Part shown: in pieces, positions 15,310-23,640 of the stretch
Numbering within the stretch: position 1 is the stretch's first letter
Layout: each line of letters starts with the position of its first letter
The notes under the pieces: generated by a model
The model's database searches: none
Told to the model about the DNA's origin: nothing
Seen by the model: only the letters and a program-made list of their open reading frames with translations
Source of the DNA: a virus
Length of the DNA: 37,378 nucleotides
Virus record (IMG/VR): IMGVR_UViG_3300010234_000030
Location: 1-37,378 of that record
Reading direction: 5' to 3' (one strand)
Program-made: the position numbers and the translations under genes

Positions 15310-17676
15310 TTAATTATTATCCCAAGTTATTGTATTATTATCCCAAGTTATTGTATTATTATCCCAAGTTATAACCCCAGGCCTTTGCGTTATGTACACA
15401 AAAAAGCTCTTTGTTTTAAACTCATCAAATACTTGTATAACCATATTTCTTTCTAATCCCGTATCGTTTTGGTCTAGGTCAAAATAAATATTGCTATCCA
15501 CATTGTAGGGAACTATCCACGAAACCCCGTAGCCCTGATCCTTCTTTTCGAACTGAAATACAGTAGTGCCAGTTACGTACGCCCCTAGTGTTTTTGCAAG
15601 GTAATCAGTTATGAATGATGTTTGACTTGCAGTAAATCCTTGTAGGTCATTATCGAAGCTGTTTATTAAGTTCAATGTGCTTTTCCCATCTATCAATCCC
15701 AACTGGTAGTTGTCAATTCGATAATACTCTTTCTTTATCTTTATAACGTCATTTAGTTGTATTGATGTCAATATGTTCAATGGCAATATAGACTTAAATT
15801 TAAAATCACGCCTTTTTATATTGAATATACTTGTAATGTAGTCATCGTGGTAATTGGTATAAAGAGTATTGTCTATAGCTACAAAGTTCCATTCGTCAAA
15901 CTCCCTGCCAAATACCGTACTAAACGGCATATCCAGAAAGTTAATGGTGTGGCTTGGTGTGTTTATGTTTAAAATATCATTAGAAACAACCCCTTGATCG
16001 TCAATAAAAGCAATCTTTTTGCTACCTATTTGGGTATTTACGTTGTAAAATATGTGTGCCTTTGGGTTCTCCGCGTTTCTATCCTCGTCTATTATAGCCC
16101 CATACATCACATTTGTGGCATCCCCTCCATCTAAATCTCCCAATCTTTCGTAAACAACCTGTTCAAATGGTACTTTATACTCCAATACTTCGCCATCTAG
16201 TGGTTGCCCTTCCGAATCCTCAAGCTTTAACTCTTCATCCCCGTATGCTATACCCGTGTTTTTCTTGAATTGGGTATTCAATATGGTGCTTGGGTCTTCA
16301 AAATTAAAGTTTATTTCCTTTAATATCTTTCCTCTTGACACATCAACACTTTCAAAATCGATATATCTCGTCAAGTCGATTAAATTGCCCTCTGCATAAT
16401 AGCTTTTTAGATCGTTTATGTATATGTTTGTTTCACTTTGTGGTATAACAACCAGTTTGAACATTCTAAATAACCCTCTCAAAAAGTCTATAACTTTCAA
16501 TTTAGGCATATTCAAAGCAATATTGACCGTGCTTTGTATTGTGTCTGTTGATGCGGTAGTTAAATACACGGTTGGTTGCGGTAATCCCGAACCACTATCA
16601 AATTTATGTTGTGCAAATCTACAGTTAAAACTAAACTCTTGACTTACTTCTATTTCAAAGTAAACTTGAAATGTATTTGAGCCTCCATCAAATTGAAGTG
16701 TACGAGTAATAAACCTATCACCTGTAAACTCCTGTTCTGTTATAAGTTCATCATCCCTATAGTACTTTATTTTATACGGTGCGTTTTCAAAACCTGCCTC
16801 TGGAATAACTCTAAAATATAGAGTCCAAGTTATTCTGTCATTACTTGCTGATGTGTTTTGCGCTGTAAAGCTTCCTACGTCTGTTCCAAAATCTACATTG
16901 GTATTGTCGCCACCATCAAAGTCGACCCTTTGAGATACAACCCCTATATTGTTGGTAGTGTCTGGATTTATCCACATATACAATTTGTCAAACTCTTCCC
17001 TTCCAAAGAAGTTATCCGAGAACTCAATATCGTATTTGTCTTGTATCGCTGAAATGATTGCGTTTAATTTTATTGCAGGTCTAAGCTCTGACCACAATAT
17101 ACCGTTATCTTGTGACGCGTTGTTGTATGCTATGTTAGACAGCTCGTCGGTCATAGTCTCATCCGATGGATCAGAGTTGTAAAAATACTGTTTCTTTACA
17201 AGTAGATTGTATATTATGTTTCCAGAAAACAAACTACCCGTTAAACCATCCTTTACATTGTCGCTATTGTATTGGTGTGAGTATGCGCTAAAATCCAAGT
17301 CTTTCAACTCGTCATTACCTGCCTTTGTTTTTATCGATGCATTGTTACCTGTAAAGTATATTGAATAGGAAGATGCCAACCCACTTTTAACAATAACTTT
17401 TCTCAAGCTAAACTTACCCCTTTTAAAAGGTAATCCGCTTAACTCTATTTTGCCATCTATTTTTGTTCTAGCATCAAAACCGTTATCTATTGTAGCATTA
17501 TAAAAGTGCTTGAATATGTTGTTGTTTTTGTCAGTAGCAGGCACAGAAAAATCCTTGGAGAAATCTCCAGTGTTAGATGTTATGTCCTGACTGTTTATGA
17601 TGGATGATTGTACCGTTATGTTTTCATCACCAAACAAATCAAGCTTTTCATTTCCGATATATATTGACACTATCAT
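15310..17676 (-). CDS. Large tail/baseplate protein (Tal- or nozzle-like), C-terminal WDNNTIT repeats
   Basis: 788 aa in the tail module, overlapping the upstream gene by 4 nt. It ends ...GVITWDNNTITWDNNTITWDNN. The function is inferred from size and position only. Confidence 0.5.
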   Translation of the reverse strand: MIVSIYIGNEKLDLFGDENITVQSSIINSQDITSNTGDFSKDFSVPATDKNNNIFKHFYNATIDNGFDARTKIDGKIELSGLPFKRGKFSLRKVIVKSGLASSYSIYFTGNNASIKTKAGNDELKDLDFSAYSHQYNSDNVKDGLTGSLFSGNIIYNLLVKKQYFYNSDPSDETMTDELSNIAYNNASQDNGILWSELRPAIKLNAIISAIQDKYDIEFSDNFFGREEFDKLYMWINPDTTNNIGVVSQRVDFDGGDNTNVDFGTDVGSFTAQNTSASNDRITWTLYFRVIPEAGFENAPYKIKYYRDDELITEQEFTGDRFITRTLQFDGGSNTFQVYFEIEVSQEFSFNCRFAQHKFDSGSGLPQPTVYLTTASTDTIQSTVNIALNMPKLKVIDFLRGLFRMFKLVVIPQSETNIYINDLKSYYAEGNLIDLTRYIDFESVDVSRGKILKEINFNFEDPSTILNTQFKKNTGIAYGDEELKLEDSEGQPLDGEVLEYKVPFEQVVYERLGDLDGGDATNVMYGAIIDEDRNAENPKAHIFYNVNTQIGSKKIAFIDDQGVVSNDILNINTPSHTINFLDMPFSTVFGREFDEWNFVAIDNTLYTNYHDDYITSIFNIKRRDFKFKSILPLNILTSIQLNDVIKIKKEYYRIDNYQLGLIDGKSTLNLINSFDNDLQGFTASQTSFITDYLAKTLGAYVTGTTVFQFEKKDQGYGVSWIVPYNVDSNIYFDLDQNDTGLERNMVIQVFDEFKTKSFFVYITQRPGVITWDNNTITWDNNTITWDNN
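15314..15372. repeat. 21-bp tandem repeat, 2.8 copies
   Basis: The unit TTATTATCCCAAGTTATTGTA occurs at 15314-15334 and 15335-15355 exactly, and at 15356-15372 as a partial copy. It encodes the in-frame heptad TITWDNN at the extreme 3' end of the 788-aa gene. Confidence 0.95.
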
Positions 17677-18248
17677 ATATTGTTTATCTCATTAAATGCA
17701 TAATCGATTCCTATCTCGTAATTTATAAGCCTGTCGTTTTGCCTCGTTTTGAATTGTAACGACTTGCTATTTATGTTTACAGGAACTAATACGTTGTTTT
17801 CATTTATCCATACCTTAGAGCTAAGCAACAACTGCTTGAAAGTTTCGTTTAACGACTCGTCAACAAATCCACTATTTATTTTAAACTTAACTCTGCCGTT
17901 AACGTTATACCTTTCAAACTGATGATTATAATTTATAGGTTGTCCGTTATCACTTTCGTACTCTTCACCTGTGATGCTAAGTGTGTCCGTTCTCTTCTTA
18001 AAGAATGTTAGTATTTGTTGCACTCCTTCTTTGTTTATAAAATTAACATCTAACGGAGTGTACCTGCATTCCTCGGTTATCAACAATGTTATTGTTTCCC
18101 CATTGTATGAAACTTCGATATATTCCTCGTCCACTGCTACTGAAACATCAACACAAACGTATTGTATTATGTCCTCGCTATCCAAGGTATCAGGCACGGC
18201 AATTGATTCGTTTATGGTATTTGCAGGATAAGAAATTATAGTTATCAT
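17673..18248 (-). CDS. Tail structural protein (Dit-like position)
   Basis: 191 aa, with 4-nt overlaps to both neighbours in the tail module. No motif-level assignment. Confidence 0.45.
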   Translation of the reverse strand: MITIISYPANTINESIAVPDTLDSEDIIQYVCVDVSVAVDEEYIEVSYNGETITLLITEECRYTPLDVNFINKEGVQQILTFFKKRTDTLSITGEEYESDNGQPINYNHQFERYNVNGRVKFKINSGFVDESLNETFKQLLLSSKVWINENNVLVPVNINSKSLQFKTRQNDRLINYEIGIDYAFNEINNI

Positions 18249-19006
18249 ATTGTTATTTCAAAAATGTTACTAAATATGTTTTGTCCACTAGATGAATCAT
18301 ATCCAAACAATTGAAAACCTGTCAACCCTGTTGTTGGTTGTATTGTTACTGTCTGCGTGCTTGTGACTCCATCCACCAACTCGAGATAAGGATCGCCAAC
18401 CAAAGGAAATATTCTACAAGTTAACAATGTATATGTACCTACGATATTAAATGTTATTATGTAGTCGTTACCAGTATCTAATGTTACGTCTGTTATTCCT
18501 ATTGATCCTGTTGGAACTACTGTTTCATCTATTCTGATTGGCACAATGAACTTGCTATTTTGGGAAACCTTAAACTCCCTGCCTTGCATTAATACTTTGT
18601 CTGTTGGCACATCTTGGTTTTCTCCACCTATTCCGTAGCCCCACCCTTTTAATGCAATTATAGTGCTTTCTAGTTGTGGCGTTGTTGCCTCTGTCGGGTT
18701 GCTTGTAGTGTAAAATACGCTTTGCTTTACCCATAGTTGATTGTCTCCACTGGTTATGTTGTTTACCACTCCTAATGTCGGAGTAAATGTTATAAAGCTG
18801 TTTACTAATCTCGATATTTCTATTTTATCATCACCAACCAATGCCTCTGGATTAGTCTTTGTTATCTGGTAAGAAGGTTCAGCAGGTATTACGTCCTTTG
18901 ATCCATTCCATATGTACAACTCTATTGTGTATTGAGTAGCTGTTAAAGACGTCAAAGGACTTAACCAGGGTATTGTTACGTAATATGGTGAAAGCGTTTT
19001 AATCAT
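18245..19006 (-). CDS. Tail structural protein (possible tube or distal tail protein)
   Basis: 253-aa beta-rich ORF (SPYYVTIPW..., YTIELYIWNGSKD) in the tail module. The function is unresolved. Confidence 0.45.
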   Translation of the reverse strand: MIKTLSPYYVTIPWLSPLTSLTATQYTIELYIWNGSKDVIPAEPSYQITKTNPEALVGDDKIEISRLVNSFITFTPTLGVVNNITSGDNQLWVKQSVFYTTSNPTEATTPQLESTIIALKGWGYGIGGENQDVPTDKVLMQGREFKVSQNSKFIVPIRIDETVVPTGSIGITDVTLDTGNDYIITFNIVGTYTLLTCRIFPLVGDPYLELVDGVTSTQTVTIQPTTGLTGFQLFGYDSSSGQNIFSNIFEITI

Positions 19007-19007
19007 C

Positions 19008-19526
19008 TTAATCTATTATAATGTTATCCACTGTTAATGCAAAAGCTTCTACAAGTTCGTCGGGCAGCTTTTCAAAGTTGTCTTCTAAAGGCTTCGTAAA
19101 AAAGTTAGTTGTTTCCAATCCTGTATGGTAAACACTCGTTGCTATTGCAAAAGCCGTACTCTTTCTACTTGTAAATTGACCCGTTGATGTTCTTGGGGCT
19201 ATCCCTCTTCTAACTATCCATCTATCAAATGCCTTTGTCGGTGGTTTTTTATTGGTGTACTTGTAAAGGTTGTTGTCAACTTTCTTTGTTTTCCATTTCG
19301 TTCCATCTGCTTTAGTTCCTCCAACTCCTTTCACCCCCTTGTCTATAAACTCGCCATAATCTTCCATTTCAAATGATAATGAAAAACTATTCTTTGATAC
19401 CGTTAAGTCATAACCTAAACTATTATACAGGCTCTTAGAAGCGTTCTTTTTCTTTCTTGTTAGATTGCTCCTACTTTGCTTTACAACATTCTTAGCGAAC
19501 TTATTTAGCGCATCTTCTATAAACAT
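19008..19526 (-). CDS. HK97 gp10-like head-tail/tail-completion protein (putative)
   Basis: 172 aa. The pattern SKSLYNSLGYDLTVSKNSFSLSFEMEDYGEFIDKGVKG resembles gp10-family ...TG.L..SI......V.V....YA.FVE.G. Confidence 0.45.
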   Translation of the reverse strand: MFIEDALNKFAKNVVKQSRSNLTRKKKNASKSLYNSLGYDLTVSKNSFSLSFEMEDYGEFIDKGVKGVGGTKADGTKWKTKKVDNNLYKYTNKKPPTKAFDRWIVRRGIAPRTSTGQFTSRKSTAFAIATSVYHTGLETTNFFTKPLEDNFEKLPDELVEAFALTVDNIIID

Positions 19527-19981
19527 AAGTTAAGGGTTTTGTTTGGAACTTCCAAGGTAAATGTCAATTGCCACCCATCAAGTAAGTTTTTACCACTGAA
19601 TACCCTTTTTTCAAATGAGGGGTTTTCTTGCGCATTAATATCCTTGTCCTCGAAATCTCTATACATTATCGTCCACATTCTATTCAATGATGCCAAAGTC
19701 TCGTTTAAGTTGTCAATCTCATTGTCTTGTTTCCAAAACTTATCTGTTATTACTTCCGATTTGTTTATGTCTCGAACCGCCATACATTCCAAAGTAACAT
19801 TAAAGTTCAATGTAGAGCCATTAGTAAACCCTCCAGTATCAACAACTATATGAAGCAAAGGGAATATATTGCCTCGATCCAAATCAATTTGGTCTGGCTC
19901 TCCCTGTGTCACTGTGTTTATAAACAAATCATCCTGACCCAATCCATAAATGTACTGTAATATTTCGCTGTATTGATTCAT
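19517..19981 (-). CDS. Neck/tail-completion-like structural protein; start set at ATG 19981
   Basis: 154 aa from MNQYSEILQYIYGL. ATG 19981 overlaps (as ATGA) the stop of the -1 frame ORF upstream. The track's TTG start at 20077 adds a basic 32-aa extension that overlaps that ORF. Confidence 0.5.
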   Translation of the reverse strand: MNQYSEILQYIYGLGQDDLFINTVTQGEPDQIDLDRGNIFPLLHIVVDTGGFTNGSTLNFNVTLECMAVRDINKSEVITDKFWKQDNEIDNLNETLASLNRMWTIMYRDFEDKDINAQENPSFEKRVFSGKNLLDGWQLTFTLEVPNKTLNLCL

Positions 19982-20262
19982 ATCTTTGTTACTCTTCCGT
20001 TTTTTGGTTGTCTCAATTCTGATTCTAGTTTTGATCTGTCTATCCTGTGAGCTAAGAACGTATGCATTTCGTAGCAATCTATCTCTAAAACCTTTTCAAA
20101 ATTCAATATGTTACCCCCTGCCAATTCATTTAATGTTGCATACCATTGCCACTTTTCGAAGTACTCGGAAGCACTTACACCTTCACTGGTTGAACTTCCG
20201 TAAACTTCTGGGAAGCATTCAGTAAGTCTTCTAGTAAAGTTAAAAAAAAAAGCAACGCCCCA
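19978..20262 (-). CDS. Hidden -1 frame ORF (95 codons stop-to-stop), proposed frameshift extension of the TAC-like gene
   Basis: This frame opens after TGA 20265-20263 and runs through the T10 tract to TGA 19980-19978. It translates as ...FNFTRRLTECFPEVYGSSTSEGVSASEYFEKWQWYATLNELAGGNILNFEKVLEIDCYEMHTFLAHRIDRSKLESELRQPKNGRVTKI. It has no internal start codon, so it needs a shift from the 20175..20741 frame. Confidence 0.55.
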   Translation of the reverse strand, partial: WGVAFFFNFTRRLTECFPEVYGSSTSEGVSASEYFEKWQWYATLNELAGGNILNFEKVLEIDCYEMHTFLAHRIDRSKLESELRQPKNGRVTKI

Positions 20263-20741
20263 TCAACCACACTCATCGGCATACCCTTCATCTTTTCAGC
20301 CGTTGCTTTTGTACCTGTGTACGGTTCTATCTCATAACTCCCAAAACCATCCTTCTTCGTAACAGGTCTAAATAATATCGCCATCAATTTATTATGTGTT
20401 TCTATCTTGTCAAATGGGTACAACTGCAAATCGATGAATTCCTTTGTTGTTATGTCGTCGTTGTTTAAGCTCGGAATAAAACCATACTCCACACCATCCA
20501 TCTTAAAAGTATTTACAAATTCCACCTCTTTGTTTAGAGCTTGTAATATAGAGTTAAGTAGAAAATCGTAATCATTTTTAGATATGTTTTCCACTTGGTC
20601 TAATGGTATGTCGTAAAAGATACTAACGGCATTGTTGTTCAATGTTCTTTCGTCTGCATTTTCATCCTCCAATATCTTAGCATAACTTTGATATTTCCCT
20701 AGTGTTAATTCTGCTCTATTCTCTGGTATTGTAACCTTCAT
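20175..20741 (-). CDS. Tail assembly chaperone-like protein (0-frame product, 188 aa)
   Basis: This ORF lies immediately after terL and contains the slippery CTT TTT TTT TTA near its 3' end. The two-product architecture resembles G/GT chaperones. Sequence-level similarity is an impression only. Confidence 0.45.
   Translation of the reverse strand: MKVTIPENRAELTLGKYQSYAKILEDENADERTLNNNAVSIFYDIPLDQVENISKNDYDFLLNSILQALNKEVEFVNTFKMDGVEYGFIPSLNNDDITTKEFIDLQLYPFDKIETHNKLMAILFRPVTKKDGFGSYEIEPYTGTKATAEKMKGMPMSVVDGALLFFLTLLEDLLNASQKFTEVQPVKV
20241..20252 (-). promoter_or_regulatory. Slippery homopolymer (U10; U UUU UUA in the 0 frame)
   Basis: The + strand A10 at 20242-20251 gives a - strand C TTT TTT TTT A. 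The 0 frame and -1 frame are both open across it. Confidence 0.6.
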
Positions 20742-20771
20742 ATTATAACAAATATAGTGATTTTTAATTAA

Positions 20772-22064
20772 TTACATTATTGATATGTGCGACCTCTTTA
20801 ACTCAAAATAGAATCTCATCATAATACTATCCCATTCATCAGGTGATCTTCCAATCATTTCCTTTACCTTATCCTTTGATACTAAAGCCACTTTACCATC
20901 CTTGTCAATGTCTTTTTGTTTAACCTGTTCCATTTCTTCTGATGTGGTTTCAATTACCGCGGAGTTGTCACAAAGCTCCCCAACTTCCCCGTTATTTATT
21001 TTCTTAGCCATATGAAACCCACATTGCGATTTTAAGTTATTAAAGTTCTCGTCTTTTAGCGCTCTACTGCCGTTAACAAAACCCTTGCACTTTAGAAAAT
21101 CGACAACACCGCCACCGACTCCATCCTCATCTGCTATAACAAATCCAAGGGGAATCTTGTGTTTAACCATTAATTCTTTTGCTTTAGAAACTACAACGGT
21201 TAAATCACTCTTTGTTATTTGAAACCTCTCTATACATAACCATCCGTGCCAAACTCTATAGACAGTCGTGTCTTTTCCTTTTCTTGCTACATCAATGGTT
21301 ATGTATTTCCTTCCTTCTGGCTGTATGTGTATCGGATTCCAATAATCCGTTATTGCATCTTGATTAATCAATGTGCTTGGATCGTCGTCATACTCCCAAT
21401 TGCCGTAATATAATCTTTGTTTGCTATTGTTATCTAAAGACAATAAGGATTCTAGGTAAGACTTAGGTAGGTGTGGATTATCTGTCGGAAGAGCCTGTAT
21501 AAACTTTTTTGTTGGCTCTAACGTTTCGTCTCTATTCTTTTTGTAAAACTCTTTGTATGTCCAATTCTTTGCAGGGTTGCAACTTCCTAAAACCTTGGGT
21601 ATTAAACCGAAGTATTTTAATTTGTATCTACACCTTGAAAGAACTATCTGCCAAGCTTTGTGAACTACTTGGTTGCACTCGTCTATAAAAGCGCCACATA
21701 TCTCCAAAGAACCTAGCCCATCGAAGTTGGGATCGCTAGGATATAAAAACAAGTCTTTTAAAAGTATCTCACTACCATTATTCCAAGTTATTATGTTGCT
21801 TTGTCCGTTGTATTTAAATTGATCTGTTATATTGAACTTAGAAGCCAACTCAAAGAATGTATTTAGTGTGGTTTCCTTTAGTGACTTTAATTTCGACCTA
21901 CCCATTAACCATCTACTTCCTGGGTATTTCTGGCAACACTCTATTAACCACAAACAGCCAAGAGCGGATTTACCACCCCCTGCTGCACCTCCATAAAGCA
22001 CCTCCTTAGTCGTAGAGTCTTTTAGATAATATGTTGCGTGTTCCTGTTTAAGAAGTAGATTCAT
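20772..22064 (-). CDS. terL: Terminase large subunit
   Basis: 430 aa. It has a Walker A motif (YGGAAGGGKSALG), a Walker B motif (CGAFIDECNQ), and C-terminal nuclease-type acidic motifs (ITIDVARKGKDTT, VIADEDGVGGG). Confidence 0.9.
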   Translation of the reverse strand: MNLLLKQEHATYYLKDSTTKEVLYGGAAGGGKSALGCLWLIECCQKYPGSRWLMGRSKLKSLKETTLNTFFELASKFNITDQFKYNGQSNIITWNNGSEILLKDLFLYPSDPNFDGLGSLEICGAFIDECNQVVHKAWQIVLSRCRYKLKYFGLIPKVLGSCNPAKNWTYKEFYKKNRDETLEPTKKFIQALPTDNPHLPKSYLESLLSLDNNSKQRLYYGNWEYDDDPSTLINQDAITDYWNPIHIQPEGRKYITIDVARKGKDTTVYRVWHGWLCIERFQITKSDLTVVVSKAKELMVKHKIPLGFVIADEDGVGGGVVDFLKCKGFVNGSRALKDENFNNLKSQCGFHMAKKINNGEVGELCDNSAVIETTSEEMEQVKQKDIDKDGKVALVSKDKVKEMIGRSPDEWDSIMMRFYFELKRSHISIM

Positions 22065-22485
22065 TTGGATTTATTCCGTTACCTAGACTTATAACAGCCT
22101 GTATCGGCTTATCCCCTCCCTGTAATGTTGTTTCTACCTTGTCGCCATACTTCTTGGGGTTCAATTTGGATAACTCCCATTTCTTGCTGTCTATCTTTAA
22201 CCTTTGAAGATTAACCCAAGCAGGGTCTATTTTACCCGAGTCCTTGTCTCTTTCTGGCTTTTCGTTGTAGTCTTGTTCTATGCTCTCAAACTTAGCCACA
22301 GCCCTTTCTTGGCACGCGTGCGCGTATTGTTTTACTCTTTCATCATCTTCATCCAACCACTTATAAAAAGTCCTAGAACTAGGCTTATCCGAATCCCTCA
22401 AAACACTTCTCAACGACTCTCCTTGTTCTATTCTTTCAAGCACATCGTTAAAAATTTCTTTTATTTCTTCTTCTGTATATCCCAT
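22048..22485 (-). CDS. terS: Terminase small subunit
   Basis: 145 aa. The N-terminal HTH (GESLRSVLRDSDKPSSRTFYKWLDEDDERVKQYAHA) and KIDSKKWELSKLNPKKYGDK are typical of a common TerS family. The gene overlaps terL by 17 nt. Confidence 0.8.
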   Translation of the reverse strand: MGYTEEEIKEIFNDVLERIEQGESLRSVLRDSDKPSSRTFYKWLDEDDERVKQYAHACQERAVAKFESIEQDYNEKPERDKDSGKIDPAWVNLQRLKIDSKKWELSKLNPKKYGDKVETTLQGGDKPIQAVISLGNGINPNESTS

Positions 22486-22495
22486 TTTTACATTA

Positions 22496-22699
22496 TTAAT
22501 TTGTTGTAGTGATTATCACATCTTTTTCTTTAGATATTTCGATGTCATATGAATTACTCATATCATCACCACAACATAATTCATAAACTAGTCCGTTTGA
22601 ACTTATGTATATCCTAGTTACAATCCTTTTCTTTTGTTCTATATCTGTTTTAAGATAAACAATATCTCCAATTTTATATTTATTATCTATCACCATCAT
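22496..22699 (-). CDS. Hypothetical protein
   Basis: 67-aa ORF with a KIGDIVYLKTD beta-rich segment. It overlaps the upstream gene by 1 nt. Confidence 0.5.
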   Translation of the reverse strand: MMVIDNKYKIGDIVYLKTDIEQKKRIVTRIYISSNGLVYELCCGDDMSNSYDIEISKEKDVIITTTN

Positions 22700-22902
22700 T
22701 ATATTTTGTTTTTATTTATAATTAGCTCCTGAACTCTTATGATAGTTATTAAATTTTCTTCAAGTTTATACTCCACCTCTTCTGTTAATTTCCTGCCTTT
22801 TAAATAGTTTCTTCTGTGTTCTAAGCTCTCTAGTAACTTAACGAGGTCTTTGCTTTCTGGTGAATTGTGCTTTAATTGTTTTATTATTTCAATTTTATCC
22901 AT
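22699..22902 (-). CDS. Hypothetical protein
   Basis: 67-aa helical, charged ORF upstream of the packaging genes. Confidence 0.5.
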   Translation of the reverse strand: MDKIEIIKQLKHNSPESKDLVKLLESLEHRRNYLKGRKLTEEVEYKLEENLITIIRVQELIINKNKI

Positions 22903-22947
22903 TGTATATTTTTAAATTTAATGAAAATAATTGTAATCTACAAATAG

Positions 22948-23145
22948 TTAGCTGGTTGGTTTATGATCTACACACCCACTTTCGTAACTATCTAACGCTT
23001 TAGATTGTGTAAGAATGTATTTTAATCCAATCAACAATACCAAATCTTCTAACCAATTAACATAATCGATATCTGGTCTGCCTTGTGAGTTTACCCATTT
23101 CTCTCCTGTTTCTTTGTAGTATGCTTGTCTTAGTTGTTCTTTCAT
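22948..23145 (-). CDS. Hypothetical protein
   Basis: 65-aa ORF. It is the first gene after the 132-nt intergenic region 23146-23277. Confidence 0.5.
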   Translation of the reverse strand: MKEQLRQAYYKETGEKWVNSQGRPDIDYVNWLEDLVLLIGLKYILTQSKALDSYESGCVDHKPTS

Positions 23146-23169
23146 TTTGTATGTCTTATTTGGATTAGA

Positions 23170-23186
23170 ATATTAAAAACGCATAT
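23170..23186 (-). promoter_or_regulatory. Degenerate copy of the CGTTTT(T)AAT hairpin motif
   Basis: The - sense reads ATATGCGTTTTTAATAT, with ATAT/ATAT arms and one extra T in the loop. It lies 27 nt upstream of ATG 23145. Confidence 0.3.
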
Positions 23187-23277
23187 GTTCAAGCTTGTAG
23201 ACTGATAGGTATTAATGAATGATACATCTACGAAGCTCAGTCTAAAGTATGTCTTAGGGTATTTGCTTGATGTGTTC

Positions 23278-23493
23278 TTAATTTTGATTTTCATATGTAT
23301 TTTGTGATTCTATCCACTGTTGTATTATTATGGAATCTTGTGTAGACTCCATAGGGAATGAAATTTCTCCAATTTCTCTAACCCCTTTACGCCTGAACTT
23401 CGTTATATTTACATACCCCCTATGGAACGTGATAGATGATATCCAATCGTTATTGTTTAATATGTCTAGTATTGATTTATGTATGTCGTTCAT
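23278..23493 (-). CDS. Hypothetical protein
   Basis: 71-aa ORF whose start overlaps the upstream micro-ORF stop (ATGA). Confidence 0.5.
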   Translation of the reverse strand: MNDIHKSILDILNNNDWISSITFHRGYVNITKFRRKGVREIGEISFPMESTQDSIIIQQWIESQNTYENQN

Positions 23494-23636
23494 TGTTCTT
23501 CTATTTTAGTTATTCTTCCGTATTCATTGTGTAGCTCCCTAAAATCACGTATCGAATTCTCTATTCTTTTAACATCGAATAATACTCTATTTTGGATTTT
23601 ACGATTCTTAATAAATGTTATTTTATAGTCTGGCAT
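23490..23636 (-). CDS. Hypothetical small protein (48 aa, not in ORF track)
   Basis: Runs from ATG 23636 to TGA 23492-23490, overlapping the next ATG as ATGA (MPDYKITFIKNRKIQNRVLFDVKRIENSIRDFRELHNEYGRITKIEEQ). Confidence 0.4.
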   Translation of the reverse strand: MPDYKITFIKNRKIQNRVLFDVKRIENSIRDFRELHNEYGRITKIEEQ

Positions 23637-23640
23637 TTAT

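Noticed and set aside
15314-15372. Tandem 21-bp repeats considered as a possible CRISPR or att-like array
   Set aside because: The repeats are contiguous with no spacers, lie in frame inside a coding sequence and encode a heptad peptide repeat. I saw no CRISPR-like array anywhere in the window.
19982-20077. TTG-initiated 32-aa N-terminal extension of the 19517 gene (track start 20077)
   Set aside because: It has a non-ATG start and a highly basic, arbitrary-looking sequence. It overlaps the better-behaved -1 frame ORF, which ends in an ATGA overlap exactly at the internal ATG 19981.
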